This document shows positions 27,895 through 37,588 of a stretch of 45,359 bases of DNA, piece after piece. The stretch comes from Promethearchaeia archaeon (GTDB lineage: Archaea; Asgardarchaeota; Lokiarchaeia; Sigyniarchaeales; SOKP01), in assembly GCA_046483985.1 (NCBI GenBank), contig JAWOCD010000100.1:1-45359 (forward strand), in the 5' to 3' direction. Made by a program: the position numbers and the translations under genes. Position 1 is the first letter of the stretch, and the number at the start of each line of letters is the position of its first letter. Below the pieces are notes generated by a model. It saw only the letters and a program-made list of their open reading frames with translations, did no database searches and was not told the DNA's origin.

Positions 27895-28245
27895 TTAATC
27901 TTCGAGAGATTCTAATTTTGCTTTTAATGCCCCAATTTTTTCATAAAGTTTACTTTTTTTCTTTACATATGGCTCTTGTTCGATTAATTTATTGAAAAAC
28001 CTTTGGTCTAATTCTTTTACTTCTTGTTGTAGATTTGAAATCTTTTCTTCAATTTCCCTTTTCTTTTCAAGTTTTTCTTTATGAGATAATTTTTTAGGTT
28101 TTTCTTCCTCCTTCTCTTGTTCTTCTTTTCCTTCTTCACTCCATCCACATTTAGGACACTCTTGAGCTGAACTTGATAAAATCCAACCACATTCGGGACA
28201 TTTATTAATTTCACTCATTGGCTTTGTTTCTTCACTCTCGACCAT
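27895..28245 (-). CDS. Zinc-ribbon plus coiled-coil protein (probably the 3' part of a frameshifted gene with 28232-28462)
   Basis: CPECG...CPKCG followed by a charged helical tail. Confidence 0.7.
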   Translation of the reverse strand: MVESEETKPMSEINKCPECGWILSSSAQECPKCGWSEEGKEEQEKEEEKPKKLSHKEKLEKKREIEEKISNLQQEVKELDQRFFNKLIEQEPYVKKKSKLYEKIGALKAKLESLED

Positions 28246-28462
28246 TTCCTTTTCTATTTTCTAATTCTGAAAAATCACGCTGAGAATTTTGCAATTTTTT
28301 CTGAGTTCTTTCAATGATGAGATCCGGATCCTCTCTCATCATCCTCTTGAGGATTACTAAAATAATTAATGCTATGAGGATTAATGAAATTACCCATATT
28401 ATAACCGTTATCATTTTCTTAGATATTATTTTCTGAATTTGAGAATTTATATAATTTTTCAA
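28232..28462 (-). CDS. Small single-TM protein (probably the 5' part of a frameshifted gene)
   Basis: Hydrophobic VIIWVISLILIALIILVIL followed by KR; overlaps the downstream ORF by 14 nt. Confidence 0.6.
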   Translation of the reverse strand: MKNYINSQIQKIISKKMITVIIWVISLILIALIILVILKRMMREDPDLIIERTQKKLQNSQRDFSELENRKGNGRE

Positions 28463-28661
28463 TAATATTTCTTTGTTTGATATTAATAAATCTTTTTTTT
28501 CTGGCTAATTTCCCCATAAATCTTATAAAAATAAACTCAATTCAAAAAAATTAACAAAATTTTGATAAATTATTGACTACCAATGTAAGAATAAAGCCAA
28601 TTACAAAATGGACTACTCCAGACCTTAAAATAAAAAAGAAAAAAATAAAGTTCTTCCCGAG

Positions 28662-28871
28662 TTATCGACCGCCAGCAATGTGCGGCAAGATGACAATTTT
28701 ATCTTCCGAAGAAATCTCTGTTTCAGGACTTGCTTTCTTTCCATTAACGAGAATACCGAAGTATTTATCTTCTAGATTTAGTTCTTTTAAAAGATCCTTG
28801 ACTGTCATCGGTTTTTCTGGCGTATAACTCTCATAAATCCCAGTTTCTAATAATTCTGAAACTTGTTTCAT
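28662..28871 (-). CDS. MoaD/ThiS/SAMP-like ubiquitin-fold protein
   Basis: TVKDLLKEL, ILVNGK, DKIVILPHIAGG followed by one extra Arg. Confidence 0.88.
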   Translation of the reverse strand: MKQVSELLETGIYESYTPEKPMTVKDLLKELNLEDKYFGILVNGKKASPETEISSEDKIVILPHIAGGR

Positions 28872-29160
28872 TTTTTTTGAGACCTTTTAAATTTAAAATA
28901 AATTTTATTTACTTACTAAATAGAATTTAATTTTACTATTTATAATTATTGCTATTAATTTGGATAAGTCTGAACATTATGAAATCTCCTTTTCTTTTAA
29001 AAGGGGAAACTAATTTGACCCCCTACATTGAAAGGTAAAATGATAAAGTGAAAATTTGTCATTAATTATTTTTAAAAAATAATTAAATTATTATGTTTTT
29101 ATCAATTTATCTAGATAATCCATAATCTCTATGGGTTGATTCAATATTCTTAATAACAAG

Positions 29161-30786
29161 TTGGAAAAATTAAGTGATAACGCAGAAGTATTGCAAAACA
29201 TTCGAACCTCACTCGAGAAGGTTCAAGAGATTAAAGATGCTCAGCTCAGAGAAGAAAGTTTAAACAAATTAGTATCAGCTTCGATAAAAATTGCCGAAAA
29301 TGATGATGACTTGTTTGAGGCGGGTGAATTTATATATGCTGTTGCGGAATTAGTAGAGGTAGTTAACCCTAGCAAGGCAAATGAGTTATATAAATATAAT
29401 ATTGAATTACTGGACAAATTAATCGCAAATTATAGAAAACAAGGAAAACTGCATGAAATCGCAGGGCTTTATTTGCGGGCTGCAGATGTTTTTGAAGAAA
29501 AATTAAATGATATTGATCAAAGAAACGAATATTTAAAATCATGTATTCGTTCATTAAAACGGCAAAGTAAAATTTTAATTAATTTTAATGGAGTAAGGAA
29601 ACTTACTCAAAATTATGAAAATATTGCAGAATTATATGTAAAAATTGGAGATTATTGGAACGCGATTCAATTTTTTGAAAAAGTTATAAATAGTTCTAAA
29701 GAATTGCAATACTTTGATTTATTATCATATTCTTATCAGCAAATAGCTGAATGTTATAAAAACTTGGAAGAGATTCAGAAATATAAAAATGTTCTATACG
29801 ATGGAATTGAGTACTTTTCCGAATGGCTCCAAAAATATGAAGAAAAAAACGGCAATTTAACAATAGCCCAAATTGCCCAAATATTAAAAAAACTATATGC
29901 ACTCTTAGATGATAACGAACAATATAAGAAATATTCCCGGAAAGAGGCAGGGGCTTACATAAATCTTGCTGAAAATCTACCAAAGGATGACGAAAATTAT
30001 CATAAAATTGCTCGCTACTATCGGGGTGCAGCATTATGTTACCGGGAGATAGATATAAAACTTATTGAGTCTGCCTCATGTTTCGTATTGGCAGGTAATT
30101 ATTCTGAGAAAATTAATGAATATTATGATGCCGCAACTAATTATTTTGACGCTGCAGTGTTGTTTCAAGAATTAGACAATTCCGATAGGGCATACAAACA
30201 TTTCGTGAAAGCGGCAGACAATTATTGGAAAATAGAGGATTTTGGTCGCTCTACTGAATGTTATTTAAATGCATATGATATTGCAGCGGAAGGCAACTTA
30301 AAGTTTGACAGATTCGGGCTCTTTAATCAGATTGTTAAAGGTCTGAATAAAATTGCAAAAGAAGGCTTAAAAAACGATTTGTTTTTCACCGCTGCATCCC
30401 TTATCTTGGAAAGTATCAAATTTTACGAACAACTCGATACAGCAAAAGATTTTATGTTGGCTGAATTAGTCAGAAATGTATATAAATACTATTATCGAGC
30501 GGCAAACAAAAAGAACATAGGATATTCACATATTGTTCAATCGTACATAATGGCTTCAATCTCCTGTATACTTATTGGAAAAATGGATAAAGCTCTTCAA
30601 ATTTTATCTGAAATCGACGGAGTTGGAAAGACCGTCAATGATTATAAAGAAATTGTAAGGATTATTATTGAGCGGGTTTCAAAGGGCAGAGAGGTTAACC
30701 TTGAGGTGTTCCCTTACCATTTAATGAGACTTATAGAAAATTCCGATGAACTTTTATATCTCTTAGACTTATTTAATAGAACTTAG
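29161..30786 (+). CDS. Alpha-solenoid TPR/alpha-SNAP-like repeat protein
   Basis: Repeated AxxYxxAAxx(F/Y) helices (IAGLYLRAADVF, IARYYRGAALCY, AATNYFDAAVLF, STECYLNAYD). Confidence 0.75.
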   Translation: MEKLSDNAEVLQNIRTSLEKVQEIKDAQLREESLNKLVSASIKIAENDDDLFEAGEFIYAVAELVEVVNPSKANELYKYNIELLDKLIANYRKQGKLHEIAGLYLRAADVFEEKLNDIDQRNEYLKSCIRSLKRQSKILINFNGVRKLTQNYENIAELYVKIGDYWNAIQFFEKVINSSKELQYFDLLSYSYQQIAECYKNLEEIQKYKNVLYDGIEYFSEWLQKYEEKNGNLTIAQIAQILKKLYALLDDNEQYKKYSRKEAGAYINLAENLPKDDENYHKIARYYRGAALCYREIDIKLIESASCFVLAGNYSEKINEYYDAATNYFDAAVLFQELDNSDRAYKHFVKAADNYWKIEDFGRSTECYLNAYDIAAEGNLKFDRFGLFNQIVKGLNKIAKEGLKNDLFFTAASLILESIKFYEQLDTAKDFMLAELVRNVYKYYYRAANKKNIGYSHIVQSYIMASISCILIGKMDKALQILSEIDGVGKTVNDYKEIVRIIIERVSKGREVNLEVFPYHLMRLIENSDELLYLLDLFNRT

Positions 30787-30867
30787 TCATAATTCATTGA
30801 ATATTGGAAACCAAAAGATAGAAAAGAAAAAAACAGATAGAAGTAAATATTTTAAGATCTTTTTTGA

Positions 30868-32688
30868 TTATTCCTCTGGCTCTCCGTGCTCTTCCACATA
30901 TTTAGGATCGTGAATTTGTAATGTGCGCCTTTGAACTTTCCCAATAATATTCTTGGGAATTTCACTAATTATATCAACATAAGAGGGTCGCTTATAATGG
31001 GTCATATTTTCCTCTGCCCAAGATTTAATTGCTTCTGGGGTTAACTGTGAGCCTTCCGTGGTTTCTACCCAAGCTTTCACAGCTTCTCCAAACTGTTCAT
31101 GTGGTATACCAGCTACAGCAGCTTCGGTAATTTCTGGATGCATCATAAGCAATTCTTCGACTTCTTTTGGATAGACAGAGTATCCCTTATATTTAATTAA
31201 TTGTTTCTTCCGATCTCTAAGTTCTACGGTACCATCTTCGTTCATAAAACCAATATCGCCAGTCAGTAACCATAATTTTCCGTTATATTCTCTAATTGTT
31301 CTCTCAGTTGCCTCTGGTTTATCTAAATATTTCAACATCACTTGGGGCCCATGAACACATAGTTCTCCTGTGTGTTCTTCGCCAAACTTAGTATCATCGG
31401 GGTCTCCCATACAAATTGGACCTTTACTGAAGTCATCTGTTGGCCAGATACCCCACTCTGTTGCCGGAAAAGGCATACCAATCACGCCGATTGGGCTTTC
31501 TCCGTGTAGATTACCAGAACTCACTACAGGACTTGCTTCGCTTAACCCGTAACCTTCGACGAGTGTTCCACCGGTATTTTCGACGAATGCGTCATGAACG
31601 GGTTTATGTAAAGGTCCCGCTCCAGAAACACATAGATTCAGTTTACCCATAACACCAGGATATTCATCAATATCCTCAAATTCAGCTAATCTCTTGAATA
31701 AAATTTCAGCTCCGGGATAGACTAAACCTTTCTCACAAGGCAATTTTTCGATAGTTTCACACAATTCTTCTTGAGATGGTGGTTTTGGGAAAAGCATCAT
31801 CCATCCTCCACGCATTGAAGTATTCATGACTACTGTATGGGCGAAACTATGGAATAGCGGTAAAACACCGACGCACCCGATACCAGGATTATCTTCTTTT
31901 CCCATTAGCCATAGCTTGCACTGTTGGCTATTAGCAACTACATTCATATGGGTTAATGCCGCTGCTTTCGGTAAACCCGTAGTTCCCCCCGTCATAATAT
32001 AAGTTGCTGGATGAGTTTTTACATCAATATCCACTTCTGGAACATTATGGGGGGTATCTAATAGGTCCATAAATTCAACTGCTCCCGGGATTTCGACTTT
32101 TCCTTTCGGGATCATCCCTAATAACTTACCTAAAAATCGCTTAAAACCTAAACCCTCGGCTAAATCGGCTAAATTCGTATAGATTACTTGTTCGATTGAA
32201 GATTTACCTAAAATATCACCTAAATATGGCAGAGTGAACTTTGCGGCTTTTTTTTTGTCAAACACTGCATCTAAAGCAATAAGTACTTTTGGTTTAGTAA
32301 TATCCAATTGATGGAGAATCTCCAGCGGTTTATATGTTGGATTAATTCCAGTTGCAATTGCTCCGATTCGAGTGATTGCATAATAGGCAATTACATACTG
32401 AAAACAATTGCCCGAGAGTATACCTACCACATCGCCTTTTTCAACACCCATATTAGCAAGTCCAGTGGCAAAAGATTTCACATGGTCTTGAAACTCATTA
32501 TAGGTCATCCACGTATCTAAGAACCACATGCAGTTCATATCTCCATATTTTTCTACTGTTTCATCTAACATATCATTTACTGTTCTTTCTTCCACTTCGA
32601 TATTCTTTGGAACAATATCAGGCCACCATTTCTGGAACCAGCGCTTATTTTCATCCACTTGATAGTTATCATCTTTTTTTATAGGCAT
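30868..32688 (-). CDS. Long-chain fatty-acid--CoA ligase (AMP-binding enzyme)
   Basis: MTGGTTGLPKA, EGYGLSEASP, WLLTGDIG, DRKKQLIKYKG, PKNIIGKV. Confidence 0.93.
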   Translation of the reverse strand: MPIKKDDNYQVDENKRWFQKWWPDIVPKNIEVEERTVNDMLDETVEKYGDMNCMWFLDTWMTYNEFQDHVKSFATGLANMGVEKGDVVGILSGNCFQYVIAYYAITRIGAIATGINPTYKPLEILHQLDITKPKVLIALDAVFDKKKAAKFTLPYLGDILGKSSIEQVIYTNLADLAEGLGFKRFLGKLLGMIPKGKVEIPGAVEFMDLLDTPHNVPEVDIDVKTHPATYIMTGGTTGLPKAAALTHMNVVANSQQCKLWLMGKEDNPGIGCVGVLPLFHSFAHTVVMNTSMRGGWMMLFPKPPSQEELCETIEKLPCEKGLVYPGAEILFKRLAEFEDIDEYPGVMGKLNLCVSGAGPLHKPVHDAFVENTGGTLVEGYGLSEASPVVSSGNLHGESPIGVIGMPFPATEWGIWPTDDFSKGPICMGDPDDTKFGEEHTGELCVHGPQVMLKYLDKPEATERTIREYNGKLWLLTGDIGFMNEDGTVELRDRKKQLIKYKGYSVYPKEVEELLMMHPEITEAAVAGIPHEQFGEAVKAWVETTEGSQLTPEAIKSWAEENMTHYKRPSYVDIISEIPKNIIGKVQRRTLQIHDPKYVEEHGEPEE

Positions 32689-32800
32689 TTAAATAATCAC
32701 TTATTTTTCACTTTAAATTAGTTTATCTAATAAATTTTTTATTTCCTAACTTATTAATATTTTTAATTTTTGAAGAAAAGACCGACCTATATTAAAGAGA

Positions 32801-33052
32801 ATGAAAAAATCGGCTAAGGTTCTAATTATTTTTGACTTGGACTATACAATCTTGGACAATAGTGAAGGGATCGGCGATCATATCCATGACAGGGAATTAG
32901 CAGAATTGATTGGTGGAATATTTTTTGGGGTGATGACTGGCTATTGCACAAAAGAACAACTCATAAAAGGCCAAAGAGGTAAAATTATTATTATAGACGA
33001 TCTCTCTTCTTTAACAACGCAATTTATCCAACAGTTGGTGTCACATGTATAA
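32801..33052 (+). pseudogene. Internally deleted HAD-family phosphatase
   Basis: HAD motif I (IIFDLDYTILD) is joined almost directly to motif IV (IGDHIHD...GVMTG). The cap and motifs II-III are missing. Confidence 0.75.
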
Positions 33053-33145
33053 TTAGACGATTTATAAAATAAATGAGATTTAACTCGCTCAAAACATCTT
33101 GATAAAAAATTAAAGAAATAAAAAGAGAAAATTATTGTTTTTAAA

Positions 33146-34594
33146 TTATCGTTCGCGATATTCTTTCATATATTCTTCGGGGGTCCATTTCTTATCCATG
33201 AATTTACCGATTCCCGAACTATCTCGAGGTCCTACCAGAACGTATGCGTCTGCTTCCTCCTCTAATGCTCCACTTAATCGAGCTGCCATACCGGGAATAA
33301 TTAGAATGCGGTGGTTTACTTTATCAAAGACATCATATTCTTTTACTGTATCTGCAATGGACGTTGCGCTAAATTGACCTCCTGCAACGGCACTTTCGAT
33401 TCCAATACCTTCACTGTCTGAAACAAGTAACCAAGCATCAAGATTTGCACCTTCAATATCAATTTCTACAGGAATCTTGGTTAACCGATAGTTTGAGGTA
33501 ACAAAAATCGGAGAATCTTCATCTGGTTCTCCAATCTCATATAACCCTTCATCAACGGTTGGATAAACTCGTGGATCGGCAAAAATACTTTGACGTAATG
33601 TCATCATTGCCAATTGTGCCCAAATTTCTTCCCTCTTTTTTCCTGTGTGTAAGACAATTAATGAAGTATCAATTGATATCATCAATCCCGCCATGATAGC
33701 TTCTTGAAATTGATGTTTCCACAGTTCATCATCCTCTGCAACCTCTGTTTGACTCCAATAAGCTGCTGGAACACCCATAATTGGCCAACCGGCATTTTTA
33801 TCTTCTTCTTCAATACCAGCATGACGTAACTGGATAATTTTCCCATAGGTATCAGCAATTGCTCCGGATCCGAAATATGTGCCTGGATCAAGAACTATCT
33901 TCTCAGACCCTAACTTTTGCAAGGTTGTACTTAAAGACATAAGCTCATCCAAATCGCTAGAAACTGCGGTGATTGGGAGATCGTTTTTAATGGCAAAAGA
34001 TCCTACCTCTTCCCACGTATCATCCGTTACAGCATAAAGTAAAGGTTTCTTATCTTTAATTTCATTAGCTGCTGCAATAAGGACTTCTGGATCTAAGCAG
34101 CATAACATTATCGGTAAATCGGTAATTTCAGCAACCTTTTTGGCTGCTGCCTTAAAGGATTCTGCATCCTCAGAAACACATCTGAGGGCAACTCCTTGAA
34201 TCTCTAAGGTTTCTCCCATCCGTTCAACGGTTAATTCGTTTAGGTATTCTAATGTATCCTCTATGTCTGGCTCCTCGTCAGATACCTCCATAAAAAATGC
34301 TGTTTGATTCCAATATGTGAGCTGGTGGCGCATCATTACTTCTTCGCCCCCAATTGTACATTGATTGTCTCCAATGCCTATTGTTACCGCTCTTTGAGGC
34401 GGTCTTATCAATTTAATTAATTCTTCTCGATTCTCCTTTTGTTTTGGATCTTCCATCAAGTGAGTACAATCTTCTATATCTGTTTTTTTCTCTAACAAGT
34501 CTGTGGCAAAAGCCATACAAGTATCGTACCCACAATCGCCACAATTGCTTTTATCAAGATATTCATATACATCAAGTGGACTTGCTCTTCCCAT
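33146..34594 (-). CDS. cdhE: Acetyl-CoA decarbonylase/synthase gamma subunit (corrinoid Fe-S protein large subunit, AcsC)
   Basis: NCGDCGYDTCMAFA...CTHL Fe-S motif, GGEEVMMRH, LRQSIFADPR, PIFVTSNY, LIIPGMAARLSG, VGPRDSSGI. Confidence 0.93.
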   Translation of the reverse strand: MGRASPLDVYEYLDKSNCGDCGYDTCMAFATDLLEKKTDIEDCTHLMEDPKQKENREELIKLIRPPQRAVTIGIGDNQCTIGGEEVMMRHQLTYWNQTAFFMEVSDEEPDIEDTLEYLNELTVERMGETLEIQGVALRCVSEDAESFKAAAKKVAEITDLPIMLCCLDPEVLIAAANEIKDKKPLLYAVTDDTWEEVGSFAIKNDLPITAVSSDLDELMSLSTTLQKLGSEKIVLDPGTYFGSGAIADTYGKIIQLRHAGIEEEDKNAGWPIMGVPAAYWSQTEVAEDDELWKHQFQEAIMAGLMISIDTSLIVLHTGKKREEIWAQLAMMTLRQSIFADPRVYPTVDEGLYEIGEPDEDSPIFVTSNYRLTKIPVEIDIEGANLDAWLLVSDSEGIGIESAVAGGQFSATSIADTVKEYDVFDKVNHRILIIPGMAARLSGALEEEADAYVLVGPRDSSGIGKFMDKKWTPEEYMKEYRER

Positions 34595-34890
34595 TTTTCA
34601 TAAAACTCCTTTTAACTAATTTTAATTTTAGTTGTATCGTTAATAAACTAAGTTTATGTGAAGGTTAATAATAGAAATTTAAAAAATTTAATTTTTTTTA
34701 GGAAATATTTAATTGAATGAAAAACGAAAAAAAACTTAAAATTTTAATTTTTTTTTTTTTTAAATCTAATGCAATTAGTTGAATTTTTTGTTTTCTATTC
34801 CTTTAGGACTTGAAAGTCTTAATGTTTGACTGATATTCTTTAGTTGGCTATAAACAAAAATTTATAAAAAAAATTTAACCGAATTTGTAA

Positions 34891-35349
34891 TTAATCCATT
34901 AATAACATTAAAGCTTCCCCGTCTGTTACCACTTCATCATCTTGATTAAAGACTTCAGTGTCACATTTTATAAATTTCATTTTTCCTTCCTTTTTGGTGT
35001 ATTTTTCTTTAACCGTTGCAACTGAAGTGAGGGTATCCCCCATATAAACGGGCTTTCTAAAGTTTGTCGTTTGACTTACATATAAAACTCCTGGACCAAA
35101 TAATTTTGTTCCCAACGTTGTAGAAATTAAGGCAGAACTGAACACGCCGTGCACTACATTATCTCCAAATTGGGTGCTTTTGGCAAATTCTTTATTTACA
35201 TGAAGCGGATTGAAATCTCCGGAGATTCCGGCCATTAATGTCACATCTGTTTGCGTAACTGTTTTTGTAAAATTTCCAGAATCTCCTACTTCATAGTCTT
35301 CATATTTTACATTTTCAAGTTGCGGTTTCTTTTTACTCATTTTTTTCAC
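34891..35349 (-). CDS. MaoC-family (R)-specific enoyl-CoA hydratase
   Basis: SGDFNPLHVN..FA..TQFG..VVHG hydratase motif; FRKPVYMGDTL. Confidence 0.92.
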   Translation of the reverse strand: MKKMSKKKPQLENVKYEDYEVGDSGNFTKTVTQTDVTLMAGISGDFNPLHVNKEFAKSTQFGDNVVHGVFSSALISTTLGTKLFGPGVLYVSQTTNFRKPVYMGDTLTSVATVKEKYTKKEGKMKFIKCDTEVFNQDDEVVTDGEALMLLMD

Positions 35350-35660
35350 TTACTATTAAACCATTTTATCTATTAATTGTTATTTATATAACAATGTTAT
35401 CTAAAATTTAAGTTGTAGCACTAAGAATCATCTTGGAAATTGAAAGGTAGTTAATCACTTAAAACGAAAAGAAAAAAGAAAAGTATGAAGTTTATTGACA
35501 TTGGGTGAAAATTTAGGGGGCTATATCATTTTTAGACATTCAAAGATCAGATATTTAAAGGTTGTTACAATTTAGGAACAAACGATATTTAAATAATAGA
35601 TTACATATATAAATCATAATTGAGAAATAAAATTATTATTTCACAATCTAAATCCAATAC

Positions 35661-36233
35661 GTGAAAAATATGCCTAGAAATCATAACGATAAGGAGAAAT
35701 ACCGGGAAAAGGTTTTAATCTTAGGGGACGCGGCTGTGGGTAAGACCACCCTGACAAAACGCTTTCTAAGCGGAGTTTTCGAGGAAGATTATAAATTAAC
35801 CATTGGGATGGATTTTTATGTTAAAAAAGTTGAGGTAGATGACGAAATCATTAAGCTACAGATTTGGGACTTTGCTGGAGAGGACAAGTTTAGATTCATT
35901 TTGCCAAACGTGTTATTTGGAGCAAAGGGTGCAATTTTTATGTATGATATTACCCGGATTGGCACATTTAACCATTTAAATGATTGGCTTTCTGTATTTC
36001 AAAAAGCCAACCAGAAACATAATCAAGAAGTTCCAGTAATTTTAGTGGGCGGAAAATTAGACTTAGAAGACTTAAGAACGGTTCCAAAGGAAAAGGGTGC
36101 CTTTTTTGCCCAAAAGAACGACTTTCAAGGATTTTTAGAATGCTCTTCCAAAACCGGTTATAATGTAGAGAAGGTATTTAAAAATTTGGCCCGAGTCGTC
36201 ATTGAGCAAACGAATGTCATTAATGAGTTTTAG
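35661..36233 (+). CDS. Rab-like small GTPase
   Basis: G1 GDAAVGKTT, G2 TIGMDF, G3 WDFAG, G4 GGKLD, G5 CSSKTG. No C-terminal prenylation Cys. The start may be ATG 35670. Confidence 0.93.
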   Translation: MKNMPRNHNDKEKYREKVLILGDAAVGKTTLTKRFLSGVFEEDYKLTIGMDFYVKKVEVDDEIIKLQIWDFAGEDKFRFILPNVLFGAKGAIFMYDITRIGTFNHLNDWLSVFQKANQKHNQEVPVILVGGKLDLEDLRTVPKEKGAFFAQKNDFQGFLECSSKTGYNVEKVFKNLARVVIEQTNVINEF

Positions 36234-36246
36234 GAAAAGGCATTAA

Positions 36247-36280
36247 TTGAACTACTCACGCCTGAAGATGTGAGATTCGT
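36247..36280 (-). mobile_element. IS200/IS605 right-end remnant
   Basis: Minus strand GAAT-CTCACATC-TTCA-GGCGTGAG-TAGT-TCAA has the same architecture as 6687-6719. Confidence 0.8.
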
Positions 36281-36508
36281 ACTTCCTAATTCGTAATACC
36301 CACGCTAGACAATACAATAAAGATTATATGACTTAATATTAGTTTGATACGTTCTTAACCATTAAATGTAACCCATATAACAAGAATAACCGTGAAATGT
36401 GACTGACACAGTCAGAAAAAATCTGGACATATCGGGACAACTTGACAAATCCTCAATGGATCGCTGACTGACGATCGCGGTAAACGCCCCATGGCGCGCA
36501 CCAACGAC

Positions 36509-36930
36509 TTATGCATATGCAGCCCGCGGTTGCGCGTTGGAAATATTGTGGGTGGCGTTAAGATCGGCGTCAAGCCGATACGGTATTGTATGATTCTTAC
36601 ATGTAAATGCTTTTCCATCGCGATTTCCCCTCCTTCCGCATTTTGATCAGCGTTTTAAGGTCCCCGCGGCGGGCACCGTCACGAAAGTGTAACCCTCGAT
36701 CGCTTGCCGTTAAAACCACATCACCTCCCATCTGGCCAAAAATTTGTCGACTTTTTGCTTGGCAGAGTGTCGTGAAAAGCGCAAATCCTCGAATTTAATG
36801 GTTGTTACGTTCCAGCTCTTTGCGATGGCGATGAGATTGTGCGAGGTCAAGTTCACAATGGTCTTATTGAGATTTCGCATCCTCACATACTGCTGGGTGC
36901 GGTTATAGGCGAAGTTTTCGCTATAACATC
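36509..36930 (-). pseudogene. tnpB: TnpB/Cas12f-like RuvC nuclease pseudogene (3' fragment)
   Basis: Minus strand reads ..LTSHNLIAIAKSWNVTTIKFEDLRF (RuvC-II). After a frameshift it reads FVTVPAAGTLKR*SKCG..FTCK..LDADLNATHNI (zinc ribbon with Cys-to-TGA at 36647-36649; RuvC-III). Visibly GC-richer than the flanks. Confidence 0.85.
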
Positions 36931-37021
36931 TTGGATTTCCTTTGCTGAATAATTAAGAAAGAAAAAGAAAATAATAAAAAAAAGACAAGGTTAAAAATTT
37001 TTTAGTAATTTTCGATATTCC

Positions 37022-37588
37022 TTAGTAGTAATCCATTCCACTCGTCAATTGTGCAAAACAACCGTAGAACGCGCCGTTGAGATAAGCGTTAAGGACAAGA
37101 AAACCGATCATAAGAATATCTCCCATTTCGCTGGTCCCAGTTATAAGACTTATCAGCATACCAAGATCTCCTAATGCACCAAACGCCGTGGATAACTCTT
37201 GTCCTATGAAATATGCAGCGATTAATGCTCCCGCCGAAATGAACATTGTTACTAACCAAGCGCCAAATGCTTGTGCTTTCGTTTCGGCCATGTTCCCACC
37301 GACTAAAGCGGCGATAAGGGGGCTTGCAATATACCCGATTAAAGTCAATAGCAAGGCAATTTGTAATTCTCCTCCACCGAGAAATGACCCTAATAACAAA
37401 AGATGTGAAAGACCGGGAAACATCAAAATAGGCATAAACAACACTATTAAAATACTCAGAGGATCACTAGTAAATCCGTCAAAAAACGTATTGATTGTAC
37501 CGCCGATTGCTGAAGCGAGTAACGCGAACACGAAATTTAAAGCAACAAACAAGATCAACGAGTATCCTAAACTCTTTCCAAAACCCAT
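37022..37588 (-). CDS. Hypothetical multi-pass membrane protein
   Basis: About five hydrophobic Gly/Ala-rich segments. Confidence 0.8.
   Translation of the reverse strand: MGFGKSLGYSLILFVALNFVFALLASAIGGTINTFFDGFTSDPLSILIVLFMPILMFPGLSHLLLLGSFLGGGELQIALLLTLIGYIASPLIAALVGGNMAETKAQAFGAWLVTMFISAGALIAAYFIGQELSTAFGALGDLGMLISLITGTSEMGDILMIGFLVLNAYLNGAFYGCFAQLTSGMDYY

Noticed and set aside
28981-29015. Hairpin TCTCCTTTT..AAAAGGGGA as another degenerate IS right end
   Set aside because: Low complexity, with no TCAA terminus or exact GAAT guide; not supportable.
36647-36649. In-frame TGA at a Cys position as selenocysteine
   Set aside because: The gene also has a frameshift and lacks its 5' half, so this is better explained as decay.
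36412-36798. ORFs 36412-36618 and 36607-36798
   Set aside because: Off-frame or antisense readings of the tnpB pseudogene.
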